Shown: positions 54,616 to 64,000 of the stretch, piece by piece
Numbering within the stretch: the stretch's first letter is position 1
Layout: each line of letters starts with the position of its first letter
Source of the DNA: Naegleria gruberi
Lineage: Eukaryota
Assembly (NCBI GenBank): GCA_000004985.1
Contig: GG738913.1
DNA length: 64,000 nucleotides
Reading direction: 5' to 3' (one strand)
The notes under the pieces: generated by a model
Told to the model about the DNA's origin: nothing
What the model saw: only the letters and a program-made list of their open reading frames with translations
Database searches by the model: none
Position numbers and translations under genes: made by a program

Positions 54616-56892
54616 TTATTGAGATTGGACAGCAAGTTTTCTAAGACCATCCAAAAATACTTGCATAGCAGCATCATCTGTCAAAACGACTGTACTATTT
54701 TGGCCATACATTTGGTCCTTGTGAGTGGTTGAAGGGTTAATCTTGGCCATCAAGAATCTTGCTTGACCTGAACCTTGATCACATTCGATATATCTTGGAT
54801 ATGGGAAACGATCCTTAATAATAAGCTTGGCATCGTTCTTTGGTAATTCTAACAATTTAGCAAAGCTTTCGTATTGAGGTTGGTGATGATAACCAGCTTC
54901 TCTCCATGAAGTAACAGTTTCACCATAGTGAATCAAAACGGTAAAGAAGGTATCCAAGAGGAGAATGACATCAGGTCTAACAGAGTTAGAGTCCAATTCA
55001 ACAGGGTGTGGGGATTCAGTGAAAGAGTAAGAGTACAAGGTTGGTTGGATCATGGTAATAGAATTGGTGGTTGTTTCTCTATTCAAAAGTAATCTAAACC
55101 AAGCTGTTTCATCAGGACTGGAGTTGAAAACTCTCAAGAATTGACTTCTTCTCAAGTGGTAAAGGAATTGAGGGAAAACTGAAAATTGAGGTGAAAGGAT
55201 CAATGAATCAGGATTATTAGGAGTGTAAGTACCGAATTTGGAGACCAACTTGATCAATGACTTGTCCAACCATCTCAAAACATCGAATAAATATTCAGTT
55301 TCAGCCTTGAATACAGATAATCTGGCAACAAGGGCTGTGGCAGCTTCTTGATCGAAACCTTGGGCAAGTTCATCAAATCTATTTGGTTGAGCACAACCAA
55401 GAGATTGAGTTGTTACTCTTAATCTATATTCGCCTGAAGGATGTTGATAAGCAGTAACAAATTGGAAGCATCTGATAGCTGGAGTATTCATGTTGGTTGG
55501 ATTTTGTTGATTAACAACATCAAAGTAGAAGGCAAGAGTAGTACTTGGATGGATAGCATTAATCTTCCAGGCATTTGTACTACCTTCACCGATAATATTT
55601 TCAGATACATTATTGGCCTTTCTGTTCATGGAAGTAACTGGACCAAGAACACCACAAACCTTAATTTCGTTTGAACATTGAATTTCAACTGAGCCGTTCA
55701 AACCCATCTTAAGTTGTTCATCAGATCCTGTTTCAAAGAATCTCATGTATGATTCCTTAAAGATTGGATTATCAAAAGTGTCAGTCAAAACCATAGTACC
55801 TCCGGTATTTTCACAACAAGATTTCATTTCCAAAACACCAATTTGATCAAGATTAGCAGCGAAAATATCCAAAACATGTCCATTTTGAACTAATCTTTGA
55901 GCAATCTTCTTATAAAACTCGGTAGCCTTCTTGAAGTGTGGAGCCTTTCCGCTTCTCAATTCATTGTGCAATCTAATTTGTTCAATAAGTTCCAATCCAA
56001 CAACTTCACCATCACCAAAGGTACATGGACCACCAATAAAGTTCAAAATTCTAGATCCGTATCCCTTAAAGGTTGATTCAAGAAGAGAAGTAGCAACAGA
56101 TAAAGCAACACCGGTACAACGACGTGGACGACGACCACTCTTAACAGGCCATGGATCAGTTTGAAGTTCTTCAATAATATCCATTAATTGAGGACAATCA
56201 GCAAGTGGACACAAGAATTTAGAAATGGCTGGGTTAATAATTGGTTGATTTGGTAAACGTCCAAATTGTCCTTGTTGTGGTTGGGATGGCATTTTCAAAC
56301 CTAATTGTTCTTGAACTTGTTCCACTGGTGTTTCCTTGTCTCCTCTGAAAACATAAGCTTTACTACATTCCTTGAATCCTAATTCAAAAACTTGAACTGT
56401 TGCTCCATAAGTAATCAAACCAACAAGAGAATTTTCAGGAATAATATTAAGACTTTGCAAAATAGAATCCTTCATGAATCTCATTTCATCTTCTGGAAGA
56501 CAAGTATCAACCAAGAGAAGGAAAACTGGTGCTGGTGCATTAGGCTTGTTAAGTTTGTATTCAATAGTAGTGAAACCAGTGTGAAGTTCGGCAGGATGTT
56601 GAGCTTCAGTAATTCCAGAGTATGAAGGAGGGAACATATTAACATCCATACATAATGGACAACTCCATTGTTTAATTCTATAATCAACTCTAGCAAAAGG
56701 GTTGAGAATACCTCTACAAGTTTTACAAACAACAGGTTCGTATGGAAGTGTAAGAAGTCCTGGGATTTCCTTGAGAGGAGTGTATAAACAACCAACAGGA
56801 ATAACACAACGAGATTGATCAATTCTGTTAGCTGGAAGAATATTCCAAGAATTACGAACACCGTTCGATGTTTCGTTTAATGTTGGATCCAT
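54616..56892 (-). CDS. sec23: COPII coat protein Sec23.
   Basis: 758 aa, full length. Zn-finger CKTCRGILNPFARVDYRIKQWSCPLC. The trunk, beta-sandwich and helical domains are all present, and the gelsolin-like C-terminus ends at a conserved position. Single exon. Confidence 0.9.
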   Translation of the reverse strand: MDPTLNETSNGVRNSWNILPANRIDQSRCVIPVGCLYTPLKEIPGLLTLPYEPVVCKTCRGILNPFARVDYRIKQWSCPLCMDVNMFPPSYSGITEAQHPAELHTGFTTIEYKLNKPNAPAPVFLLLVDTCLPEDEMRFMKDSILQSLNIIPENSLVGLITYGATVQVFELGFKECSKAYVFRGDKETPVEQVQEQLGLKMPSQPQQGQFGRLPNQPIINPAISKFLCPLADCPQLMDIIEELQTDPWPVKSGRRPRRCTGVALSVATSLLESTFKGYGSRILNFIGGPCTFGDGEVVGLELIEQIRLHNELRSGKAPHFKKATEFYKKIAQRLVQNGHVLDIFAANLDQIGVLEMKSCCENTGGTMVLTDTFDNPIFKESYMRFFETGSDEQLKMGLNGSVEIQCSNEIKVCGVLGPVTSMNRKANNVSENIIGEGSTNAWKINAIHPSTTLAFYFDVVNQQNPTNMNTPAIRCFQFVTAYQHPSGEYRLRVTTQSLGCAQPNRFDELAQGFDQEAATALVARLSVFKAETEYLFDVLRWLDKSLIKLVSKFGTYTPNNPDSLILSPQFSVFPQFLYHLRRSQFLRVFNSSPDETAWFRLLLNRETTTNSITMIQPTLYSYSFTESPHPVELDSNSVRPDVILLLDTFFTVLIHYGETVTSWREAGYHHQPQYESFAKLLELPKNDAKLIIKDRFPYPRYIECDQGSGQARFLMAKINPSTTHKDQMYGQNSTVVLTDDAAMQVFLDGLRKLAVQSQ

Positions 56893-57257
56893 CTTGTATT
56901 ATTAAAAAATTATAATTATTTGATGATTAAATTTTCTTCCTCTTGTTGTTTTTCAAAACCGGCTTGAAGCGGAAAAAATGAAAATGAAAGGTGAACAGAG
57001 AGGTTGAATTTTTTTTAATAAATAATCTTTGAAATTTTTTATTCAAGCAAACAACGGTTCGAACTCCACGTCATTTCCAGCAAGACATAGACGTGTTTTC
57101 TTGAGATAGATAACTAAGGATTATCCACTCGTGTGATGATGACCAAATTACATCATCCATTGAGGTAATTCTCAATATTATTAATATTTTGAAATATATT
57201 ACATTCTAAATGATGAGTATTGTTAATTTTTTGGAAAAATAATAATTTTATCAACAT

Positions 57258-57887
57258 TTAATGTCTACGTCCTCCTGATTTCTTCTTTACTGTTTGGAAA
57301 CCATCTTCATCAATTTCTGGTTCTTCCTTAACATGAACATGGTCATGGTTATGATCAGCCATGTTAGCATCTTCATCATCACTATCTACGTGATTAACTC
57401 TTATTTTCTCTTCCTTTTCTTCATGTAATTTCTTTTCAACAAATTCTGCTTCTGATGGCATTTCAAATGGTGTTCCTTGTTTTTCCGAAAGTAATCTAAT
57501 GACTTCAGTAAAATTATTATTGAGAATTTGTTTGAAAAGTATGAGAATATGTTTAGAAACAATTTTAATTGATCCATCAAGAATATCAATACCTAAATCT
57601 TCTTCCAAAACATCATTCATATATTGTACAACTTCATCAACTTCTAATTGGTCACCATCATTAGAAATCCACTCTTTAATATTATTTTGGAATTCATCCA
57701 ATAAATCATCGGTATCACCTCCCGAAGCAGAATGTTGTCTAGCAAGAGTGAGAGCAGTCCATTTGCTAAAGATTGTATTAACGGCTTTACAGAAGTAAAA
57801 ATATTGATACAGAGAATAATTATCGTTATGTTTTGGTGATTTAATATCAGAAGAAGCGGACGAAGATGTTGGTGTGTTAGTTTGCAT
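57258..57887 (-). CDS. tsr2: TSR2-like pre-rRNA processing protein (ribosome assembly) with an acidic C-terminus.
   Basis: FCKAVNTIFSKWTALTLARQHSASGGD...LLDEFQNNIKEWISNDGD matches the TSR2 family core. Confidence 0.55.
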   Translation of the reverse strand: MQTNTPTSSSASSDIKSPKHNDNYSLYQYFYFCKAVNTIFSKWTALTLARQHSASGGDTDDLLDEFQNNIKEWISNDGDQLEVDEVVQYMNDVLEEDLGIDILDGSIKIVSKHILILFKQILNNNFTEVIRLLSEKQGTPFEMPSEAEFVEKKLHEEKEEKIRVNHVDSDDEDANMADHNHDHVHVKEEPEIDEDGFQTVKKKSGGRRH

Positions 57888-57935
57888 TTTTTTTTCAAAG
57901 ATTCGAAATAAATGTGGAATTTGGTTTAATTGTTT

Positions 57936-59470
57936 TTATTGGTTTTGCATTGCTTTGAGTTTGCTCATTTGAAGAATCATTCGATTGGATTCGTAACATT
58001 CTCTAACTAATTGTTGTAATTCAATTGATTCTCTTCTTTCTTGCTGTTTTTCTTCAGAGGTTTTCAGTGCTTCTGTTCTGAAATCTAAAACAACATTGAC
58101 ATAATTTCTTAAATGGACTGGTGCCTTATTTTCTCTATCAACAGAAAAATGTACCACATCTGCTGTTGGAGTCAAAACTGAAAATGAAAAATTATTTTTC
58201 TCTTTTTCAGACATATCAATAATTGTTCTATCCTCAAATTTAGCTCGTATTCTACCATCGGCAAATAATTGAAAATGACCAATTGATTTGTAATGAGATT
58301 CTTTAAGTATTTGAGATGAATAATTCTTCTTTGTTTGAACCTCCAAATTTGGTTTGTAAACGACCATCTTTTGAGAATTCTCGAAAAGGTGTTTCATTAT
58401 TTGGAAAAGCTCCTTGCTAGGTAATGATTTTGTAATCTCTACACCTTTCCTGCTTTCAGAGAAGCTGTATATTTCTGGTGGAAGTATATTGACATCAAAC
58501 ACCTTTGACAATGGCCTCGAATAACTAGGATCATAAGACCACAGTTTGAAAAAACTGAAAATATCTGAGAGAAAATATAATTCCTCTTCGTTCAATATTA
58601 ATTCCACAACTTCTTTCAAGTATTTTAACGTCATAAATTGAGTATACTCTATTAGAATCGTATTATTTTTCTCCAAACAACATGATAAATATCCTATACA
58701 ACTTTGATTTTGTCGATGGGTGGCAATACTCTTGTAGACACTCGATAGAGTGACATTATTAACTCCCTTTTTCACTTCTCCAGTAAGTCTTGATGTCTTT
58801 TTAGTTTGTGGAAGTGTCATTGTGTAAATAATTTCCACATTTACTGGCTTTTCATCCTTATCGTATCTTTGCTTGTAGTAATAGAGTGCAATAGCAACTG
58901 CATATTTCCATCTATCAGGATAACAATGTTTAGAAAATAATTGATCTTGCTTAATGTACAAAAATTTAGATTGGTTATTTCTATAAATTATTTAGCTTTT
59001 CTAAAATGATTGATTCCACATACCTCGAATGAACTACTGCTGGGAATGATATTTTAAAAAGTACTCCGTTTGGGGCCACTGTTATTGAAACAAAATCAGG
59101 GTAGGTGAAACTCTTCAACGTTATACTTCCATCTTTATGATAGGTAACCAATTCTGAATCGAATTTCCACTGAACAATTGACATATTTACAGACGACTCG
59201 AATAAATTAGCAGAAAAATACTCCTTCGCAAGAATTTGCTCGCATAAATAAGGTTCCTCAACGTGACAATTATAAAACAGTAATAATTGATTCAATTTCA
59301 TTTTGATTTGTTCCTTTCCCTTATTTTGAGCAAATGCTGTAATTTGAAATTCAAACTTGGGAGGCTTCCTCTCCAATATAACATCAAGATCCCTATCCGA
59401 TCCTTCCGATAATCCTTCACTGTAGTAATAAAATATTGTTCCTTCCTCTGCTAATAAAATTGCTGTTTGA
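57936..59470 (-). CDS. Hypothetical protein: a beta-rich N-terminal region plus a C-terminal coiled coil. It is 5'-truncated by the assembly gap and has one 43-nt intron.
   Basis: join(59470..59024,58980..57936). The intron GTATGTGGAATC...TTATAG runs 59023-58981, and the splice joins ...FPAVVHS-R-NNQSKFLYIKQDQ in frame. The frame stays open from 59376 up to the N-run. Confidence 0.45.
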
Positions 59471-59471
59471 T

Positions 59472-59724
59472 NNNNNNNNNNNNNNNNNNNNNNNNNNNNN
59501 NNNNNNNNNNNNNNNNNNNNNNNNNNNNNNNNNNNNNNNNNNNNNNNNNNNNNNNNNNNNNNNNNNNNNNNNNNNNNNNNNNNNNNNNNNNNNNNNNNNN
59601 NNNNNNNNNNNNNNNNNNNNNNNNNNNNNNNNNNNNNNNNNNNNNNNNNNNNNNNNNNNNNNNNNNNNNNNNNNNNNNNNNNNNNNNNNNNNNNNNNNNN
59701 NNNNNNNNNNNNNNNNNNNNNNNN
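59472..59724. other. Assembly gap (a run of 253 N).
   Basis: Literal n characters in the sequence. Not biological. Confidence 0.95.
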
Positions 59725-60365
59725 TCCAATAATTACATAGGTTCATCATCTTCATTAGAAGCAGTAGCATACAAGACTACTAACACAATAATCGCAACAT
59801 TATCTAGGTGAAGTAAGTGAACACAATCCTTGTAGGGTTTACGATTTTTTTGTTGTTGTGTGAAGGGAAATGCCGAAGAGCCATTCGTCTTTCTCTCTCC
59901 ATCCATAGCTGTTTTGATTGAAATGTTGAGAGTATAGTAATTGATGATGGACAATCTTCGACTGTTCATAATACCAAGTGGCTGACAACTGCTACTGAAT
60001 AACAATAATAACAATGGTTAATGGCTGTTGCAGAAGAGATGAAGGAGACATATCATCTCTTTCGATATAAAAAAAATAGCAAACACACTGTCATTGTGAT
60101 TTAAACGACGGAGAATCATCGCGCGATTGAGAATAGATCATAAGACTCCTCTCTAACGGTTGAAAATCATCATCTCTTAGCAGGAAACAATCATCATCAT
60201 CAGTACTGTAATATAAGAATCATTGATTCCTATCTGTGCTAATATTTCTAGTTTTATTGTATATATATATCTTGAAAGATTGTTTATCAAAAAGCCCTTC
60301 AATTTGGCTTTAATCTAAGAAATCTTTAGAAAACTTGTATAGAATTAATAATAATAATAATAACA

Positions 60366-61696
60366 ATGGGACAAAATAACAAAAGACCAGTTGTCGGTGG
60401 AACCATGATGGCCAATCCCCACCAAATGAATGGGCATATGCACCAAAATAATATTTCTACAAACAGCTTTGGAGTTGAACCACATGGTGGTCCTCTTAAC
60501 CTTGAACCAAATAGTCAGTCTAATATGATTTACAGTAGTGATTCAGGAAAAGTAACTTTGGATGATTTTGAATTACTTAAAGTTATCGGACAAGGTAATT
60601 TCGCAAAAGTAATGCAAGTCAGGTTAGTATTATTATATTAGTATTTGTTGATATTAATAATGTCATCAATTACTTGAACACAATTTTATGAATTCATCAC
60701 AAATAGGAAAAAGGATACCCAAAAAATTTATGCCATGAAGATATTGAACAAAAAGAAACTCGAGGAAAGTGACCAATTAGAACATATTAAAACAGAAAGA
60801 GCTGTTCTGCAATATGTAGAACATCCATTCCTTGTAAGGCTGGTTTACGCCTTCCAAAGCACTGAAAAATTATACATGGTCATGGATTTCATAAATGGTG
60901 GAGAACTGTTTTTCCACTTGAAGAAATTGAAGAGATTCCCAGAAGATCTTGTAAAACTTTATGCTGCAGAACTTTTCTTATCTTTGGATCACTTACACAA
61001 ACATAATGTTGTTTTCCGTGATTTGAAACCAGAAAATGTTTTGATGGACAAGGATGGTCACGTTATGCTGACGGATTTCGGTCTTGCAAAATTCCTTTCT
61101 AATCAAGATCGTACTCATACTTTCTGTGGTACACCTGAATATTTAGCGTAAGTATCCCTTATCAAATATTTTAAATTTACCTTATTATTAGTCCTGAAGT
61201 TCTCTTACAGAAAGGTCACGGTAAACCAGTCGATTGGTGGTCTTATGGTACCCTAATTTATGAAATGTTAGTTGGTATTCCACCATTCTATTGTGAAAAT
61301 GTTCAAGAAATGTATGATAGAATACTTAATGGAGAACTTGTTCTTCCAGATGAATTTATTTCTCTTGAATGTCAAGATTTACTTGCAAGATTATTGGAAA
61401 GAGATCCTCGAAGAAGACTTGGAAGTGGACAAACAGGAAGTGACGAAATTAGAAATCATCCTTGGTTCAGTGATTTGAACTGGGAAGATGTTTACTTTAG
61501 AAGATACAAGCCAAGATACAAACCGAATGTTAAAAGTGAAGAAGATACAAGTTACTTTGATGAGGAATTTACAAAACAAATGGCTGTTGACAGTGTTTCT
61601 GCAACCGGAGTTCTGGATGACAAGCTTCAAAGAGAATTTGAAGGTTTCACTTACACGGAAGGTGGATACATGAATGACAAGGTAATGAACTACTAA
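60366..61696 (+). CDS. AGC-family Ser/Thr protein kinase (S6K/SGK/Sch9-like); three exons.
   Basis: join(60366..60622,60707..61147,61192..61696). GQGNFAKV (G-loop)...AMK, HRDLKPEN, DFGLAK, GTPEYLAPE. The C-terminal AGC tail ends in the hydrophobic motif FEGFTYT. Introns have GTTAGT/GTAAGT donors and a TACTAAT-like branch point. Confidence 0.85.
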
Positions 61697-61791
61697 TTAA
61701 CCATTACAACAAAAAGATGTACATTATAATGTTGTAATATACCTGCAAATTATTGTAATTTCTCAAAACAAATAAACCAACTACTTTTAAT

Positions 61792-62697
61792 TTAAACCTT
61801 ATTTTCAATTATTGGAAAACCAATAATCTCACACATGAAACTGAATATTTGATCCTTAGTCAATTCTGATTTTAATTCTTTCAATATTGGATCTTCAGGT
61901 AGAACAAGATTTTCATCAATTTGGGTGGTACCTATCGGAGTAGCTTGAGTGGTTAATTGTGAGGATTGAGGAATCTCATTGTTTGGGGCACATGGAGTTT
62001 CGTTTCCTTTTTGCTGTGGTGTGGTTTGTTCGCTTATTGCTTGATTATCCACCCCTATTCTCGATCCATTGAACAATGAGTCAAGAATGGAGGATGATTC
62101 ACAAGTGGAGGGAAGATTCTTCTTGTTTTCATCTTCTTTTGAGTTGAGGAAAGCCTTTAGAATGTTCTTTCCAAGTTGAGAGAATTTACGTGATAATCCT
62201 AATGATGATCTTCCCTCAAATTCTGGTGTTTCAGCCATTCTTTCGAATATATCTTCGTCCACTAAATCAAATGATTTGTCATTGTGTTGATAGATAAAAT
62301 TCATCATATTTCTAATTTCCTCATCAGAATATTTGGACTTTTTCTGCTTCTTTCTCAAACTCTCGGAAGGAGACAATACAAATGATGAAACATCTCCAAT
62401 CCAAACACCTTTCGAATAACTTTCCTCAATGAATTTCTCAGATAAAACCATTCCAATTCCAGAACTTGCCAACTCTTCATCGAATTGATTCGAAATAATA
62501 AAGTCAGCATCTTCAATCTCATCCACAATTTCACCTCCCAATGTCAAAGCCTTTGTCATTATTTCATCCATCCTGCAGCAACTAGTCTCCAATTTATCTT
62601 GTTTGATATCAAAGAAGAATGAAAAAGCCTTGTTTGAGTGTTGTATGAAATTGGATTTTGATCTTTTGCTTCTTCTCTCGCCACCACCTCTTGCCAT
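61792..62697 (-). CDS. BRCT-domain protein with an N-terminal basic region and a Q/T/P-rich middle.
   Basis: LTLGGEIVDEIEDADFIISNQFDEEL...IVLSEKFIEESYSKGVWIGDVSSF fits a BRCT fold. The start is taken at MARGGG (62697). Confidence 0.45.
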   Translation of the reverse strand: MARGGGERRSKRSKSNFIQHSNKAFSFFFDIKQDKLETSCCRMDEIMTKALTLGGEIVDEIEDADFIISNQFDEELASSGIGMVLSEKFIEESYSKGVWIGDVSSFVLSPSESLRKKQKKSKYSDEEIRNMMNFIYQHNDKSFDLVDEDIFERMAETPEFEGRSSLGLSRKFSQLGKNILKAFLNSKEDENKKNLPSTCESSSILDSLFNGSRIGVDNQAISEQTTPQQKGNETPCAPNNEIPQSSQLTTQATPIGTTQIDENLVLPEDPILKELKSELTKDQIFSFMCEIIGFPIIENKV

Positions 62698-63128
62698 TTT
62701 TTTTAGCCTTAATTTTTTTTCAACTTTGTTCCCCAACACAAATTGCCTTTAATTTGCATGCATAATATTTAAACCTTAGGGCAGTCATTCCTCAAAGAAT
62801 GTAATCTACTTCTATCAAAGGCAATTTTGCCATCAGGACATGTTTTGGAAGTGGAGTTTTGCACTTCTAATATTTAAATTCTCCACTAAATTTGCCAATT
62901 CATGCTTGTTGTCATCTCACCATAACAATCATCACAATTATTAACACTCTTAAAAAATTGTTTCAACAATTGAACATCCTAAGACTCAAATTTCAACATT
63001 TTCTTTCAGACTTTGAAAGGGAAAATTGATCAACAAACAACTCATCAAAATTTGATCTCTCAACAAGCGACACCTCTCTCTAGCTTATCGTTCACCAAGC
63101 CACAACAACAATTTTGCAAAACATAAAA

Positions 63129-64000
63129 ATGAGCGAACAACCAAAGATCGTTCATCTCACACGAGACAATCACCCCTCAGAGAGCAGCAATACTTTTTCA
63201 TCATCAACATCAACAACATCACTGAATGGTGAGGATGGTGTTGTTGGAGAGCAGGTGGGAATTAAATCCTTTACTGGTGAAACATTTGATTCCTTAACTT
63301 CCCCACTCCCAAGATCCCACTCACTCCCATTTGGTTTATCGGAATCAGCAAGTGGATTCTTTACAACAACAGAAGATGAAGAGGGTTTTTCTAATGAAAT
63401 TTCCAGAATTATTGAAAAGGAAGTCATCAAGGAAATTAATGAAAAAGTTAGAATACATAAACATGAAGTACAACATGCAGTACCACTTACCCTGATGGAT
63501 GTGATCAATACAATGAAGGAAGGTGCTGAAAGTGTTCAAAGAGACGATTTTACAGAATGTTTCCGTCCAAAACCACCAGAACCTTGGAATTGGAATCTTT
63601 TCCTGTTTGTTGGTTGGTTGATCGCATTGATCGGACGTTACTGTATACTTTTACCATTGAGAATATTATTATTCTTATCAGGAACTATTGCATTCATATT
63701 AGTAACTTTGATTTTAATGGTATTGAGAAGTATCTTTGAAAAAAAGAAAAATTCACAAGAAGAAACTGAACAAGATCAACAAGAAGAAAAGAAAATTACC
63801 ACCCTTGATTGGTTAGTAAGAAAATCACTCCAATATTACAGTGCTATTTGGATTCACAGTATGTCAGGAGTTATCAAAATTCATGGCATTCCTCCTGTTA
63901 GAAGAAAGAATCAAATTTATGTTTCAAACCACACTTCACTTATTGATTTTATTCTCTTAACTTATTTGTGTGGTGTTGCAACTGTTGGTCAAAAGCATGG
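63129..64000 (+). CDS. GPAT3/4-like glycerol-3-phosphate / lysophospholipid acyltransferase, 3'-truncated at the window edge.
   Basis: Two TM helices (NLFLFVGWLIALIGRYCILLPLRILLFLSG...) are followed by the acyltransferase motif I, VSNHTSLIDFILL. The gene was not in the ORF track because it runs off the window. Confidence 0.65.
   Translation, partial: MSEQPKIVHLTRDNHPSESSNTFSSSTSTTSLNGEDGVVGEQVGIKSFTGETFDSLTSPLPRSHSLPFGLSESASGFFTTTEDEEGFSNEISRIIEKEVIKEINEKVRIHKHEVQHAVPLTLMDVINTMKEGAESVQRDDFTECFRPKPPEPWNWNLFLFVGWLIALIGRYCILLPLRILLFLSGTIAFILVTLILMVLRSIFEKKKNSQEETEQDQQEEKKITTLDWLVRKSLQYYSAIWIHSMSGVIKIHGIPPVRRKNQIYVSNHTSLIDFILLTYLCGVATVGQKH

Noticed and set aside
59472-59724. X-containing ORFs spanning the N-run.
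   Set aside because: They translate assembly-gap placeholders, not sequence.
63170-63539. Minus-strand ORFs overlapping the GPAT-like gene.
   Set aside because: They are antisense to a well-supported plus-strand acyltransferase CDS, with no motifs of their own.
1-64000. Non-standard genetic code with stop-codon reassignment, as in ciliate or Condylostoma-type codes. This was considered because of the in-frame TGA and TAA and the shifts at TAG.
   Set aside because: Sec23, the CFAP52-like protein and the AGC kinase terminate at TAA exactly at conserved C-termini. ORFs of 600-1800 codons are otherwise uninterrupted, which would not hold if stops were frequently sense.
1-64000. CRISPR arrays, operon-like defence islands and transposase or reverse-transcriptase ORFs.
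   Set aside because: This is a eukaryotic, intron-containing locus. I saw no direct-repeat/spacer arrays and no RT, integrase or transposase motifs in any frame I inspected.

Overview
This is a eukaryotic nuclear locus. Coding GC is roughly 30-45%, intergenic DNA is very AT-rich, and proteins carry poly-N/Q/T/S low-complexity tracts. Introns are short (about 40-110 nt), begin GTAAGT/GTATGT and often show a TACTAAT-like branch point. A-rich Kozak contexts (aaaaATG), codon usage and protein composition fit a dictyostelid-like amoebozoan. I could not name the species, and some content (a CFAP52 ortholog, a fungal-type Zn2Cys6 factor) is unexpected for that group.

The standard genetic code applies: Sec23, CFAP52 and the AGC kinase all end at TAA at their conserved C-termini.

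The window holds about 35 protein-coding genes on both strands. The clearest are:
- a stand-alone glutamine-dependent carbamoyl-phosphate synthetase (GATase + synthetase + MGS-like domain, no DHOase/ATCase)
- a six-exon kinesin with a mucin-like tail
- CFAP52/WDR16-like, Sec23, polyprenyl-diphosphate synthase and a phi-like GST
- a VIT + vWA protein, a MOV10-like helicase, a divergent Hsp70 and an AGC kinase
- an RCC1-repeat protein, a Zn2Cys6 factor and a DUF4116 repeat giant
- TSR2, BRCT and F-box proteins and a GPAT3/4-like acyltransferase

There are three tRNA-like Pol III elements, all non-canonical. There is one assembly gap (N-run 59472-59724).

The most notable pattern is a cluster of reading-frame lesions in otherwise well-conserved genes: four +1 frame discontinuities (two exactly at in-frame TAG codons), one -1/+2 discontinuity, and two in-frame stop codons sitting where paralogues or homologues have Trp (TGA) or Tyr/Gln (TAA). 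These are draft-assembly errors, pseudogenisation or recoding; this cannot be decided from sequence alone.

Other features of note are a perfect 336-bp tandem duplication inside an NHL-repeat gene, an ORF of about 12% GC next to normal-composition genes, and a Cys-rich metallothionein-like insert in the VIT + vWA protein.

I found no bacterial-type systems (CRISPR, operons) and no recognisable transposon ORFs.
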